DNA of 64,000 bases from Candidatus Bathyarchaeia archaeon (GCA_050012255.1 JBEKHN010000002.1:32001-96000), one strand, 5' to 3'. Shown: positions 29,838 to 39,444, counted from the stretch's first letter. Numbers and translations are program-made. Notes: generated by a model from the sequence alone, not told the origin.

Positions 29838-29957
29838 TGCTTCTTGTCCTCTTGAGGTTTCCTTCAGTAAAATCATGACGCCGAATATAAATATTGTCTG
29901 GTCGACGACTTACGTCGCTTGGCTATCTTCACAACTCCCCTTTTCATATTCGTTTTT

Positions 29958-30077
29958 TGATGATAGGCAGTGGGTGATGGACCTCAGTTTGCCTTCGCTG
30001 ATGATGAAGGCCCGTGTGAGATGTGGGGATGAACTCCGATGGGGCGAGCGGTGAGGGAGCCCACCCTGCTTATGTCA
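29958..30077 (+). ncRNA. Putative structured sRNA with K-loop / box C-D motifs
   Basis: Terminal stems ATAGGCAG/CTGCTTAT and GTGGGT/GCCCAC. Internal hairpin GCCTTC-GCTGATGAT-GAAGGC overlaps CTGA and TGATGA boxes. Confidence 0.5.
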
Positions 30078-30309
30078 GATGGTAACGTTCTGTGATTGTT
30101 TCTTGTGTTCTAGGCATGCGCGTCGACGTTTAAGGAGACTCCATGTTACTCGTTGTGTGAGGCGAAGAAAGATGCAGAAAGAATAGGAAAGGGAAAAATG
30201 CTGGATGATTGTCTACGAGAAGCGGGTTCGCATTTTACCAGCGTAAGCAACCTTTTTTTCTATTTGGATCATCGTGTCCGCCATATGGCCTTTTCATTGA
30301 GAATCTGGC

Positions 30310-30642
30310 GTGACTCGTGTTCCAAAAGCCAGCATTGTTTCTGGAATAGAAAATATTGTGAGGTTGGGAAGAACCCCTTTTATTCGGAATTACGTCATCA
30401 ACGTGAAGGAGAAGGAGAAGGCGAACGAAACAATGAGCGAGGATAAGGCGAGAGACTTAGACCAAGAGGTTCTTGGGACTTTTGTAAAGTCGTTCCATAG
30501 GCGTTACGAACGGTGGAAGAAGCAAGACCTTCTTTCAGTAGCGCTTCAAACGTTTCCTAAACAGGTCAAAAAGGAGAAGGTGATCGACAACCTAACAAGC
30601 TTGAAAGCTGAATTCGAGAAGAAGCTCTCAGGTGAAGGCTAG
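30310..30642 (+). CDS. Hypothetical protein, possibly starting at ATG 30433 or the tail of a decayed gene
   Basis: Lys/Glu-rich coding-like 3' half with no recognised motif. Confidence 0.4.
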   Translation: MTRVPKASIVSGIENIVRLGRTPFIRNYVINVKEKEKANETMSEDKARDLDQEVLGTFVKSFHRRYERWKKQDLLSVALQTFPKQVKKEKVIDNLTSLKAEFEKKLSGEG

Positions 30643-30667
30643 TTCGCAAGTGCCGATAGACCAAATA

Positions 30668-30958
30668 CTAGGGCTTTTCTTTGTCGCGCGGTCTGCAAAG
30701 TGCGAACGTGTGGCCCTTGGCTTCTACCAAAGATGCTCCCGTCTGGTCAGCGATTCTTGAGGCAACCTGCTTGGCTTCATGTTCAGACAGGGCGCTCTTC
30801 AAGATTCTTGTCTTTGCAGTCTCCTTTTTCGCCAGTTGTTTGTCGATTTCCTTAAGCAACTCTGCTGAGGCTCCTCCCTTGCCAATCCACACCGTGGGTT
30901 TTTCCTCGCTGAGCTTCCTTTTTATTAATCGTTTCTTCGCAGCAGTCGGCTTGCTCAC
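30668..30958 (-). CDS. YhbY/CRM RNA-binding protein
   Basis: KPTVWIGKGG..EIDKQL..GHT. GTG start overlaps the rnp4 stop. Confidence 0.85.
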   Translation of the reverse strand: MSKPTAAKKRLIKRKLSEEKPTVWIGKGGASAELLKEIDKQLAKKETAKTRILKSALSEHEAKQVASRIADQTGASLVEAKGHTFALCRPRDKEKP

Positions 30959-31296
30959 GTTTTCAGCTTCTCCTTTCTCTTCACTAGCGGTATTCTTGTC
31001 TGTCCGCCGCATCTTAGGCAGGTGATCACCACGTGGGGTTCCCGCCTCTGTTTCAGTCGCACACGACAGCTTACACCCGGCAGCATAAAGCCTTTGCAAT
31101 GCTTGCAGACTTGCCGTCTGTACCCGTTCGGTAGGCGAATCTTGGCGGCCATGGCTATCTTTCTGGCCGTGTCCACGTAATGTTGGGCTAGGGCAGGGTC
31201 ATCGTGAACGATTTCCCTTGCTAGGTTGAAGAGCGTCTGGATGCGCTGCCTTGCTATTTGCCTTGTTTCTGCGTTCAATCTGCCCTCTTGCCCCAT
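30955..31296 (-). CDS. rnp4: RNase P protein Rpp21
   Basis: IARQRI..CKHC..PG..CLRCG..RIP. Confidence 0.93.
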   Translation of the reverse strand: MGQEGRLNAETRQIARQRIQTLFNLAREIVHDDPALAQHYVDTARKIAMAAKIRLPNGYRRQVCKHCKGFMLPGVSCRVRLKQRREPHVVITCLRCGGQTRIPLVKRKEKLKT

Positions 31297-31330
31297 AAGC
31301 CTGTGGTTATCCCCTTATGGAATTGGTTTT

Positions 31331-31680
31331 TCACAACGTAAAGCTTCTGCTATTGGCTAGTCGGGTTCTCGGTCCACTTGTGGTAACAACTGTTGCACTC
31401 AAAGTTTGCTGCACACTGGTTTGAAATCTGCGTTGAAACGTCAACCAGTGACATTTCAGACAGGGTTCTCCCAATTCTGGCATCTCAGTTACAAAATGGT
31501 CAATCAGAATGCGCTTGAACAGGTCTGCAATTCTGGAGGCAGTCTTCAGTGCTCGTTCAGCGTCTTCTTCGCCGCACAGTGGTGTCTGCCTGCTGGTTCT
31601 AACGGCTACGTCTACTCGAGCAACATCGTCAGTGGCTTTTTCCAATTCCTCTTATTCGTTTCCCTCGAATCTTCCTCGCC
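31331..31680 (-). pseudogene. Decayed gene, possibly a HEPN-like C-terminal part
   Basis: In-frame stop just upstream of EELEKA. EEDAERALKTA resembles the HEPN terminal helix. Lies 3' of tRNA-Leu. Confidence 0.3.
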
Positions 31681-31774
31681 GCAGTTTCAGTGCTTAGCGC
31701 GCGCGACGGTGCCGCGCCCGCGAGCGTACGTCAGATGGAGAGACAGAGAAACGGACCCCCGTTTTTTTTCCATG

Positions 31775-31888
31775 TGGTGCGGGGGGTGGGATTCGAACCC
31801 ACGGAGGCCTTCGCCAGAGGATCTTAAGTCCTCCCCCTTGTCTTAGGCTTCTGGCCCGCCTATTTAGACCTGGCTTGGGTACCCCCGC
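31775..31888 (-). tRNA. tRNA-Leu(TAA) with a 26-nt non-canonical intron (31838-31863, position 22/23) and encoded CCA
   Basis: Removing ATAGGCGGGCCAGAAGCCTAAGACAA restores a full cloverleaf with anticodon loop CTTAAGA and a long variable arm. The junction has a GTCT/AGAC helix flanked by an AAA bulge. Confidence 0.93.
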
Positions 31889-31995
31889 AGCAGCGAATAA
31901 GGTTGATATTTGTGTGCAGTTAAACTTTTTTGCAGAGGCTGGCACTAGGTTAAAATCTACATTGCATCAGATTACTCTCGGCTTAGTGAAGTGTT

Positions 31996-32070
31996 GGGCG
32001 GGTAGCTCAGTACGGATAGAGCACCAGCCTCCTAAGTTGGTGGTCGTGGGTTCAAATCCCACCCCGCCCG
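31996..32070 (+). tRNA. tRNA-Arg(CCT)
   Basis: GGGCGGG/CCCGCCC acceptor stem, CCAGC-CTCCTAA-GTTGG anticodon arm and TTCAAAT T-loop. Confidence 0.96.
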
Positions 32071-32098
32071 CTACGGCACTCAGGCCAAGACTTGTGAG

Positions 32099-33121
32099 TT
32101 AAGTCTTTCTCGCTCGCACTTTTCCATTTACGAGTTTCCTTATAATCTTCTGCTTGTTTCTGTGGTACCATTGAGCAATTCGAGAGTACAATTTCAATCT
32201 GTATAGTTTGGCTCTTTTGGGATCGTTGACAAGCATCCAATATGCGTAGCTGAAGTCTTCAATTGAGCCCGCTGTTGTTACGTCTGGTATAAACTCTATC
32301 TCTTTAATTGACAATTGATGATGTTTTTTGTATTCCCTTAGAAAGAAATCGGCGCGCTCCAAATCCAGCTTGTGTTTCTGCCTTCTATCCCTGCAAGAGT
32401 ACTGCAACAATATAGAAATGTCTTTTATCAATGTGTCATTCCCCGCACCTACATTTTCGAAGTCAATCAACCCTACCAATCTCTTGTTTTTCCATAGCGT
32501 ATTTTCTGGATTGATGTCTCTGTGTAATGGATATGTTGGAAGTTTAGAATACTCTCGGCCATCCAAGCTTTTGATCAACGGAACGAGAATTGATGATTCT
32601 TCAAGAAAAATCTGGTCTTTTCTGTCTTGCTTGTCCTTTCCTAAAATTTGTGCAGTGAACCTCTCTAACTCCTTCAAAACGGGTCTTCTGTTGAATACGT
32701 CTCCAACACCTTTCTTGTTGTCCAAATCAGAGCTCTCAATCATCTTGTGATAAATCGCCATCATCTTTGCGCATTCCTTGAGTTCTGGATAGTCAAATTG
32801 TTTGATATTCCTTCCTTCAATGTATTCATAAACCCAGAAACGGGAACCTTTGAACCTCAAAACGAACTTGCCATTTTTCGTTCTTATTGGGGCGGGGGTT
32901 CTATAAGGAAATCCATGGTCTTTCAAATAAGTCAAATAGCTCAGTTCAAATCCCAAATCACTCGTTCGCACAAATCGGGAAACTTGCTTTAGAACATATC
33001 TCGATTTTGTAGTCTCAAGAATCCAATTGATATTTACTACGCCTCTTGTTGCTTGTTCATAACTAATAAAGTCTCCGATATCCCAATGTTCAAGAAGCGT
33101 TTCGATTTCTTTTTTATCCAT
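32099..33121 (-). CDS. APH / type II homoserine kinase-like phosphotransferase
   Basis: GVVNIN, HRDINPEN and IDFE motifs. Visibly AT-rich. Confidence 0.8.
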   Translation of the reverse strand: MDKKEIETLLEHWDIGDFISYEQATRGVVNINWILETTKSRYVLKQVSRFVRTSDLGFELSYLTYLKDHGFPYRTPAPIRTKNGKFVLRFKGSRFWVYEYIEGRNIKQFDYPELKECAKMMAIYHKMIESSDLDNKKGVGDVFNRRPVLKELERFTAQILGKDKQDRKDQIFLEESSILVPLIKSLDGREYSKLPTYPLHRDINPENTLWKNKRLVGLIDFENVGAGNDTLIKDISILLQYSCRDRRQKHKLDLERADFFLREYKKHHQLSIKEIEFIPDVTTAGSIEDFSYAYWMLVNDPKRAKLYRLKLYSRIAQWYHRNKQKIIRKLVNGKVRARKT

Positions 33122-33284
33122 TCTATTTCTCTTTTGCGCTCTTATGAGACAGGAATTAACGGAGACACGTCAAGAGACCTTCATCCTAATATCTGTGTCC
33201 TCGTTGAAGGGGGTGAATAGATATCGAGATTAAACAGGGTGCAAAAGAGTCGCTCGCCAGATAAGTGTGGATAGGGAGAAAAAT

Positions 33285-33341
33285 GGGAGTCGCGGGAGAT
33301 ATCTCCATGTGGTATGGAGTTCAAATCCCACTCCGCCCGCC
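33285..33341 (+). repeat. att-like direct repeat of the tRNA-Arg 3' end, preceded by a 23-bp motif
   Basis: 33319-33340 matches 32050-32071 at 21 of 22 nt. 33285-33307 matches 40403-40425 at 20 of 23 nt. Confidence 0.8.
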
Positions 33342-33785
33342 TCGAAGTATACGTTGCCTTGCAGTGAGTCTCATGCCTAGACTGACTACATCATCTTCTT
33401 TGAAACCAATATGTTTGTAGAAGTCGATCACCTTAGCATTGCTTTTGCGAATCTGCAGGTTTACCTTCTGGCAACCTATCTTCTTTAGCTCATGTATGGC
33501 TTTTTGAACCAGTTTTCTGCCGTAGCCGTGTCGCTGTTCTTGAGGAGTGATGGCAAGGTAGTTTATCCAGCCTCTGTGACCTTCGTAACCGACCATGATG
33601 GAACCCATCACCTTCCCATCCAATAGACCTACGAGGAAAAGATTCGGTTGGAAACGCATCTTTTTCTCTATGTCTTCCACGGGGTCATTCTGGGGAACGA
33701 CTAGGTTACATGTTCGCCACAGCTCGATGACGGCATCCCGATATTCAGTTCTATATCTCACTATTCTGTATGCCAATCTCAGCAT
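33321..33785 (-). CDS. GNAT acetyltransferase (YpeA-like)
   Basis: GYEGHRGWINYLA..RHGYG..KVNLQIR..FY motifs. Confidence 0.88.
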   Translation of the reverse strand: MLRLAYRIVRYRTEYRDAVIELWRTCNLVVPQNDPVEDIEKKMRFQPNLFLVGLLDGKVMGSIMVGYEGHRGWINYLAITPQEQRHGYGRKLVQKAIHELKKIGCQKVNLQIRKSNAKVIDFYKHIGFKEDDVVSLGMRLTARQRILRGGRSGI

Positions 33786-33979
33786 CTCCCTGGAACACGA
33801 AGGACGGCATTCCCAAATAAGTTCTCTTTTCCAAAATCTTCAAGTCTCTCTGCAAATACGCCCTTTCTTCAGACCCTATATTCTTGAAACTGAGCGCGCG
33901 CTAAGCAGAAAAAACTGAAAGTTTTTTAGCACCAGATCATTGTATTGGATTGGCATAGCGAAAGGCAGGAGAATGATTC

Positions 33980-34501
33980 TTGAAGGACGTTGAGTTGAGG
34001 CTTGTTGCTGAGCTTCTGAAGGACAGTCACAGGAGTGACAGGGAATTGGCAAAAGCGATCGGAGTTTCTCAGCCTACAGTCAGCAGAATGATTGGCAAAT
34101 TGAGGAAGGGTGGTTTCATTAGAGAATACACGATCATTCCCGATTTCAACAAGATCGGATACCACATTTGTGCCTTGACTTTCGCAAATTTTGAAACGCC
34201 GAAGGACTTGCAAGCTATGAGGAAGCTTGTTGAAGAACAGGGAAAAAGATTGTCGGAAATTCCTCAAGCCGTGATGATTGAGAGAGGCATAGGCGAAGGA
34301 GCTAATGGCGTAGTGATTTCTCTTCATCAGACCTATTCTGACTTTGTAGAGTTCCAACAGTGGCTGAAGCAGTTCGGTTCTTTAAGCAAGTACGGCCTTC
34401 ATCATTTCATCATAGATCTTGATGATAAAGTCCACTACCGCTACCTAACCTTCTCAACCCTCGCCAAACATCTGCTGGAAATGAAGGAAAAGAAGGAATA
34501 G
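33980..34501 (+). CDS. Lrp/AsnC-type transcriptional regulator
   Basis: SDRELAKAIGVSQPTVSR..EYTIIPDF HTH. Confidence 0.85.
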   Translation: MKDVELRLVAELLKDSHRSDRELAKAIGVSQPTVSRMIGKLRKGGFIREYTIIPDFNKIGYHICALTFANFETPKDLQAMRKLVEEQGKRLSEIPQAVMIERGIGEGANGVVISLHQTYSDFVEFQQWLKQFGSLSKYGLHHFIIDLDDKVHYRYLTFSTLAKHLLEMKEKKE

Positions 34502-34980
34502 GCTGCCTTCGCTTTAACCCTGGTCTGTACATTTTCCAGAAATGTTGTTTTGGCAAACGCCTTTGACTTTCAAACTCGAATTTTCATTTTGGATGACGAA
34601 TCTTGCTTTTACCCGCCGAAACCGAAAGGTTCGCGCGTTGCATCGTAGTGGCAATCGATCGTTCCTAGGTTTGTTGCTTTGAAGTCTTAGTCGCGAAACT
34701 TGGAGAGAAATATATCAGCCATATTATCTCGGATAAGGTGGTGAGACCTATTCCAAGTGAAATGGATACGATTCGAAAAAGGCTAGGCGAGTTAGAAGAA
34801 AGGATAAGGAAGATTGATAGGGCTCGACAAGTTGGAAGGGCAGAAGAAACAATAGCGCGCTAGGCAGATTGATCTAAGGCAGAAAGCAGAAGGCGTGTCA
34901 AGTTCGCCGATACTCTGCGGCCCACATCAGAAGTTTGTAGGAAACCTGACCATTCGGCCCGTGGCTTCAATGTTTTTACG

Positions 34981-35997
34981 GTGCCATCTGCATTTCCGAA
35001 AGAACACTGCAGGATTTGCGGGTCAACTCTTCACGGCAGGCTCTCTGGAAATATGTTCCCATCGGGTTGCAGTCACAACGTTTTAAAACTCGGAGCATCG
35101 CGCTATCATTGGTGTTCTGCTGTGTCACCCGGTGAAGGAATAGGGAAGATTACGAGCAACCCGTTTGCGACAGATGGAAAAGTCCTTCTGAGCAAAGTTG
35201 CGACGACTGGAAACCTGAAAGAGGACATCCTTAAAGCCGTTGATTTGATTGGCGGTTTCAACAAGGCCATCGACAAGGGCGACCAAGTCTTGCTGAAACC
35301 CAATTTTAACAGCACGGATTCTCCGCCCGCTTCAAGCGAACCGCAGTTTCTCAAAGCGATAGTTGAGTTGCTGTTCGAACATGGCGCCGGGAGAGTTGTC
35401 GTTGGAGAATCTTCTTGGCAAGCGCTTTCCACGAGGAAGGCTCTGGAACGAACTGGGACACTTGCCGCGCTTAAGGATTCAGGGGCAGAGATGGCGTTTT
35501 TCGATGAGGAAAAATACGTCAAAGTCAACGTTGGGGGCGAATACCTGAAAAGCGTCAGCTTATCAGAGAGGGCCATGCGAGTTGACAAGTTAGTTTATTC
35601 CTGCTGCATGAAGACACATTTCCGCGCTGACTTCTCCTTAAGCTTGAAATTGGCCTTCGGGTTCACGAAGAAGAGCGAAAGGAACGGGTTTCACATCAGG
35701 CATCTGAAAGAGAAACTTATCGATCTAAACCTAGTCGTGCATCCGAACCTGATAATCATGGACGGAAGAAAATGTTTCATAACCGGAGGACCATTCAGCG
35801 GCGAGGTGCGGAACCCAAACGTCATTCTTGCTTCCGGAGACCGAGTGGCCATGGACGTTGAATCCATCAAAGTTCTTGAAAGTTTCGAAGGTTCCAAACT
35901 GAAGAACAACCCTTGGAGCTATACTCAGATCCGCCGCGCAACCGCTCTCGGGCTTGGAGTAAGAAACGAGGATGAGTACACGGTTGTTTCCAACTGA
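34981..35997 (+). CDS. DUF362 domain protein
   Basis: VLLKPN, VVGES, KTH..SLKL and DRVAMD motifs. True start probably about 35120-35150. Confidence 0.8.
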   Translation: MPSAFPKEHCRICGSTLHGRLSGNMFPSGCSHNVLKLGASRYHWCSAVSPGEGIGKITSNPFATDGKVLLSKVATTGNLKEDILKAVDLIGGFNKAIDKGDQVLLKPNFNSTDSPPASSEPQFLKAIVELLFEHGAGRVVVGESSWQALSTRKALERTGTLAALKDSGAEMAFFDEEKYVKVNVGGEYLKSVSLSERAMRVDKLVYSCCMKTHFRADFSLSLKLAFGFTKKSERNGFHIRHLKEKLIDLNLVVHPNLIIMDGRKCFITGGPFSGEVRNPNVILASGDRVAMDVESIKVLESFEGSKLKNNPWSYTQIRRATALGLGVRNEDEYTVVSN

Positions 35998-36455
35998 CAT
36001 CACATCAAAAGTGCACGCATCATCCAGCGTCTAATCCTCTAACTTCACTTACCGCATGCTGTATCATGTGTGCCGCAGTTGCAATTACAAAACCCAGGGA
36101 ACCTCTTGATGTGAAGCTCAAAGCGCGCGCGAAGTGCAGCGAGCCCCAAAGGACAAAGAAAAGGGAGACTTGCACGATATCGTCGTTTAGTTTGGGGGCA
36201 AACCCACCCCGCTCGTTGCAGAAAGATCGGACTGTTTGCAATTCCTCTTTAGCCGGGTTCCTTTCAAGTTCCTCATGCGAGTGGCTTCGTTAGCGCGCTG
36301 GTTTGTCCCTAAGCTATTTAATGCTCATTTTTGGCACGTGGGGTCTCTTATTTTGTGGCTTGCGTCCAAGCCTAGGAGATGGGTTCTTCTGGCGCTAAGC
36401 TATTGCAACCCATAATGCATATTAGCTGATGTAGAAAATTACGTTCGATTGAAAC

Positions 36456-37157
36456 ATGAAGCTGTTGTCGACGAAGGTTGTGGCGTTCACTGGGGTTTTT
36501 GCGGCTTTTCATGCCACGTTGTATTTGATTTCGCCCGCGTTTTTATGGCGAAATTGGGCTATCTATTTATCGCCTATCGAGGGGATGGTTCTGGGTCCTT
36601 GGGCAGGGTTCATAGCCGCCTTGATTGGCAGCACGATCGGCAGAGTGCTGCTTCCCAGTCCTTTGTGGATGTTCGGGATAATTGCAGAGCCGTTGAGTGT
36701 GATGTCCGCAGGCTTCTTGACAAGAGGCAAGTGGCAGCCGGTCATAGTTCTTTACGCCGTCATGCTTGCCGCATACTTCATCAGTCCCTTGGGCCAGTCG
36801 CTTCCGCTTTGGCCTATGCTGGACATTATTGCTGCTGTTTGTTTAGTGTATCCTGCATGTAGGTTGAGTAAGAACCTGTTCAGCAAAAACATGAACCTTC
36901 TCCCCGTATCCCTGGTTATCGTGTCGCTCATAACAGTGGCTACGGACGGTCTGATCAGAGTATTCCTGTTCATACCAGCCGGGCTGTACAGCAGCGTTCT
37001 AGGCTTATCTCCTGAGGCCACCGTAGTTGCGTTTGTAGGCGGCGGGGTTGACTCTTTCATTGAAGATGCCTTTGTCGTGTTGATCGCTCTCCTTGTCGGT
37101 GTTCCAATTCTTTTGGCCTTACGGAAGGTTTTAGACCTAAGAAAACCGTTAAGTTAA
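36456..37157 (+). CDS. Membrane protein resembling an ECF-transporter S component
   Basis: AFTGVFAA helix 1 and GMVLGPWAGFIAALIG motif, multi-TM. Confidence 0.6.
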   Translation: MKLLSTKVVAFTGVFAAFHATLYLISPAFLWRNWAIYLSPIEGMVLGPWAGFIAALIGSTIGRVLLPSPLWMFGIIAEPLSVMSAGFLTRGKWQPVIVLYAVMLAAYFISPLGQSLPLWPMLDIIAAVCLVYPACRLSKNLFSKNMNLLPVSLVIVSLITVATDGLIRVFLFIPAGLYSSVLGLSPEATVVAFVGGGVDSFIEDAFVVLIALLVGVPILLALRKVLDLRKPLS

Positions 37158-37390
37158 AAGAAGAGCACAGAGACCTCGCTGTCTGGAAACCCGGGAAGCT
37201 CTCTGAGTGCTCTCCCAATCTCTGACACTGCGTTTTGATATCTATGAACAAGGCCCAATGACTGTTTTCTAACCCGCCGCCTTGGCTGCGGGCCCATACC
37301 CAACTGGCTTCCTAAAGAAAACTCTAAGGATCGCGCTGGGTCTTGACGAGGAAGATGCCTTTATAAAACGAGGCGTTTTAGTCACCTGCT

Positions 37391-38071
37391 ATGAGAGTCG
37401 GAGTGCTTTTCTCAGGGGGAAAAGACTCGTGTTTGGCGTTGCACAAATCGCGGAGTTTTCATGATGCAGTTTGTCTGATAAGCTTGATCTCCGAAAGTGA
37501 GGAGAGCTACATGTTTCATGTTCCCAACATAGAATTGACTGATAAACAGGCTGAAGCCATTGGGTTGCCGCTGGTTCAGAGGAGAACGGAAGGCAAGAAA
37601 GAGAAGGAACTCGAAGATCTGAAAAGAGCCATTTGTACGGCCAAAGCTGATTTTGACTTGGAAGGAATAGTGACGGGCGCCGTAAGATCAATCTATCAGT
37701 CAACACGGGTGCAAAGAATCTGTAAACAGCTCGGTTTGTGGTGCTTCAACCCCTTATGGCTAAAGGATGAGATAGAGCTTCTGAACGAGGTTGTCAAGAG
37801 TAAATATGAAGTTATCATATCTGGCGTATTCGCTTTTCCCTTGGACAGAGAATTCTTGGGAAAAAACTTGGATAATGAACTGATTCAGAAGCTCGCAAGA
37901 TTGAAGGAAGAGTATGGTTTAAGCCCTGCTGGGGAAGGTGGGGAAATAGAGACGACTGTGACGGACGCCCCTTTTTTTAAGAAAAGGCTAGAAATCCTGG
38001 ACTCTGAGGTCTCTTACAAGGACTACTCGGGCATGTTCAGGATAAAAAGTCTGAGGCTAATCGACAAATGA
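37391..38071 (+). CDS. dph6: Diphthine--ammonia ligase (Dph6-type PP-loop ATPase)
   Basis: SGGKDS, SYMFH, NPLW and AGEGGEIET motifs. Confidence 0.88.
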   Translation: MRVGVLFSGGKDSCLALHKSRSFHDAVCLISLISESEESYMFHVPNIELTDKQAEAIGLPLVQRRTEGKKEKELEDLKRAICTAKADFDLEGIVTGAVRSIYQSTRVQRICKQLGLWCFNPLWLKDEIELLNEVVKSKYEVIISGVFAFPLDREFLGKNLDNELIQKLARLKEEYGLSPAGEGGEIETTVTDAPFFKKRLEILDSEVSYKDYSGMFRIKSLRLIDK

Positions 38072-38631
38072 TTCTGATAGTAAATGTGTGTTCAGACAAG
38101 CTAAGCTATCTGGAGTTTGTCAAGCCCGTCGAAGACATTCTGAAAAAGGCTGGAGCAGAATCCTTCACAAGACACTTCCTGCGCGTGAATCATCGTGACA
38201 TCAGCCGAGCAGAAAAAGTGATCATATGCGGAACAGCCTTGAAGGATTTCAAGTATTTGGGTAGCACAAGAAAATTCGCGTGGATAAATGAATCGCGCAA
38301 ACCGATCCTTGGCATCTGCGCAGGAATGCAGATCCTTGCGAAACTCTTCAATGGTCACATCATTGAAAGAACAAGAATCGGAAGATACAAGGTGAAGATT
38401 ATCCGAAAAAGCATTGTTGCATCCAAGGATGAATTCTATTCCTATTTCTTGAATTCTAAGGCGGTGGAACCGACCGAAGACTTTGAGACACTCGGCGAAT
38501 CGGGCAACTTGAAATGCATAATCAAACACAAACATAGAAGATTCTACGGATGTTTATTCCATCCAGAAGTCCTGAACCCAGAAATCATAACAAACTTCCT
38601 AAAGGAGCCAATGCCAGAGAGTCAGTGCTAA
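38068..38631 (+). CDS. Class I glutamine amidotransferase
   Basis: PILGICAGMQ nucleophile and FHPE. ATGA overlap with dph6. Confidence 0.85.
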   Translation: MILIVNVCSDKLSYLEFVKPVEDILKKAGAESFTRHFLRVNHRDISRAEKVIICGTALKDFKYLGSTRKFAWINESRKPILGICAGMQILAKLFNGHIIERTRIGRYKVKIIRKSIVASKDEFYSYFLNSKAVEPTEDFETLGESGNLKCIIKHKHRRFYGCLFHPEVLNPEIITNFLKEPMPESQC

Positions 38632-38763
38632 GGTAACCACGACAGACTCTGAAAACGAATAGAACTTCGAGGCAGGTGCAGGTCTTCAAATTATAAATAT
38701 GTGCTACGCATAATTGCAATCGTCGTCTAGTGATATCGCCAAAAATAGATGTGAGGTTAGCCA

Positions 38764-39444
38764 ATGGGAAAATTAAGTATGGACGATGTCTTTAAAGCCT
38801 TGGCAAAGCCGCTTCCTGACTTCAAAATAAAGCCTGGAAAGACAGCCTTACTTCTGATCGACATTCAAAACCTCGTGAGCTCAAAACCACTGCTTCAAGA
38901 AGCACTGGACGCAGGGCTGCCTGAAAGACAAGTGAAAGAAGCTTTGCAAGAATATGATGAAAGGGTCAAGAAAGCGGTGAAAAATGCCCGTAGGATACTG
39001 CAAGTCTGCAGGAAGAAAGGCTATGACATAGTGCACATTAAGTTAGGAGCACAGACCAGCAACCCCAGGCATACAGCCAAGATAAACAGAAAAGCTGACT
39101 TCATCGTGCCCATGGACGCGGAAAAGGGTAGATTCTTGGATGAAGTCAAACCAGTAAAGGGAGAATTGATTTTCCCAAAGACAAACGGAGGAGCGTTTAC
39201 GGGAACCAATCTGGACTTCGTTCTGAGGAACATGGATATTGACAGTATCATCGTCACGGGATTCCTAACTGACCAATGCGTTCTCGCAACCGCAATCTAC
39301 GGCGGAGACATAGGGTACGACGTTCTCTTAGTTGAGGATGCATGCACCGGAACCACCAAAGAGAATCACGATGCAGTAGTAAGGCTCGCAAGAGACGTGT
39401 TCTTGAAGATCAAATCAACTGCGGAACTAATACGAATTCTCTGA
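38764..39444 (+). CDS. Isochorismatase-family cysteine hydrolase
   Basis: IDIQN, K..GAF.GT.L and TDQCV triad. Confidence 0.88.
   Translation: MGKLSMDDVFKALAKPLPDFKIKPGKTALLLIDIQNLVSSKPLLQEALDAGLPERQVKEALQEYDERVKKAVKNARRILQVCRKKGYDIVHIKLGAQTSNPRHTAKINRKADFIVPMDAEKGRFLDEVKPVKGELIFPKTNGGAFTGTNLDFVLRNMDIDSIIVTGFLTDQCVLATAIYGGDIGYDVLLVEDACTGTTKENHDAVVRLARDVFLKIKSTAELIRIL

Noticed and set aside
29972-30010. Fluoride-riboswitch-like GGTGATGG..GCTGATGA
   Set aside because: P1 and pseudoknot complementarity fail, and no crcB-type gene lies downstream.
34762-34863. 33-aa coiled-coil ORF MDTIRKRLGELEERIRKI..
   Set aside because: Plausible but too short to support without homologs.
36195-36262. c-di-GMP-I-like words GGCAAACC, GAAA, TAGCCGGGTT
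   Set aside because: No stem around GAAA and no CGCAAA junction.
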